This document shows, piece by piece, positions 63,206 through 64,000 of a DNA stretch of 64,000 bases. The notes beneath the pieces are model-generated. The model saw nothing but the letters and a program-made list of their open reading frames with translations. It was not told the origin of the DNA and did no database searches. Numbering within the stretch: position 1 is the stretch's first letter; every line of letters starts with the position of its first letter. The position numbers and the translations under genes were made by a program. The stretch comes from Halocafeteria seosinensis (Eukaryota): the NCBI GenBank assembly GCA_001687465.1, contig LVLI01000233.1, positions 124,001 through 188,000 on the forward strand, read 5' to 3'.

Positions 63206-64000
63206 ATGCAACTGAATTCTTCGACCGCTGAAGGAGCTACTATAAAGAATTCTTCTACCGCAGAGGGTATAACGAAGATGTCTACGAATTCGGGCGAAGA
63301 AGAAAGAGCCAATCGTTCATCTTCAAAAGAGAACTCTGGTAAAACTATTGAAGCAAGTTACTATGAAGCTGTCCAAGAGCACAGTGAGAATCCGAGAGGG
63401 AAGAGCAATTCTTCTATTGAGAAGGAGGAATTCTTGCAAACCCCGAAACACCTCAAATCGAACGATAACAAGGACGTGCAAGAGGTGGAAAATACATCAA
63501 GTGCAAAACGACATGCAAGGATAGACATAGAAGAAGACGATGGATGCAGCGAAACTCCGGAGCGACAGCACTCCTTACAACCGAGGAAGCTGCAGTTCCA
63601 TGACACTGACTATGACCGAACTCCATCAAAGCAGGATAAGAGAAGGTACTGGAAAGAAGAAGCAATTTTTCATTGATTCTACCTTGTCCATTCACCACAT
63701 CAATTGCAGAGCTATTGCAACTCTACACGATGCGAACTTTAGCATTTTCAGGTACCATGAGATCTTGTACCCCAGAAATCCCTCACATCCCAGTCCCGTC
63801 GGAAGCGATAAGAGTGAGCGAAGCGAAGATGACGCTGAGCCAATTGTTCAGCGAGCAGCCACGGGTATTGCTGAAAAATTTGAAGAGGCCGAACAGGAAA
63901 TGATGCTAACTCCGCAGCCGAAACGATATTGCGCCAAGTCTGAAACGGAAGGTATGCAATTTTTTCCAACCCGGTCAATGACTGTAGTTGCAACAGCTGT
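63206..64000 (+). CDS. Hypothetical hydrophilic protein, runs off the window end (partial)
   Basis: ORF 63203-63676 plus a downstream in-frame exon (YHEILYPRNP...AKSETE) flanked by AG/GT. Short NSSTAEG repeat at the N-terminus. Confidence 0.55.

Noticed and set aside
645..63676. Alternative genetic code or stop readthrough to explain fragmented ORFs
   Set aside because: The breaks I checked resolve with canonical GT-AG introns (RIB7 excepted), and TAA, TAG and TGA all end conserved genes.
1..64000. CRISPR arrays, rRNA, tRNA, transposase or viral hallmark genes
   Set aside because: No regularly spaced repeats, cloverleafs or such protein motifs were seen by eye. A covariance-model scan would be needed to exclude small RNAs.

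Overview
Compact, gene-dense eukaryotic nuclear DNA using the standard genetic code. It holds about 29 protein-coding genes split by many short (mostly 55-110 nt) GT-AG introns, so most genes are fragmented in the ORF track. The RPL36 'TGGSTAEKR' insert suggests a stramenopile-type protist (inference). Recognisable genes: SLC35D-like nucleotide-sugar transporter, two APC-family polyamine/amino-acid transporter paralogs, JmjC oxygenase, RPL36, TRAP-gamma, MUS81, GRWD1/RRB1, condensin CAP-G and SMC4, arsenite methyltransferase, UBE3B/C-like HECT ligase, C2 protein, Raw-like protein, EF-hand pyrophosphatase, ATP-PEPCK, RIB7, PAP2 and OST3/6. I found no rRNA, tRNA, CRISPR array or clear transposon. 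Most notable unexplained items: a single-ORF gene resembling hypothetical proteins of intracellular bacteria (HGT candidate), an H2A-like histone fold fused to a large unknown domain, a 1,267-aa protein with four copies of an unknown module, two small orphans sharing a two-Cys motif, a putative Ig-fold transcription factor, an apparent frameshift in RIB7, recurring GAGTC/GACTC inverted motifs about 260-310 bp upstream of ATGs, and two long structured first introns. All family calls come from recognising motifs by eye, not from database searches.
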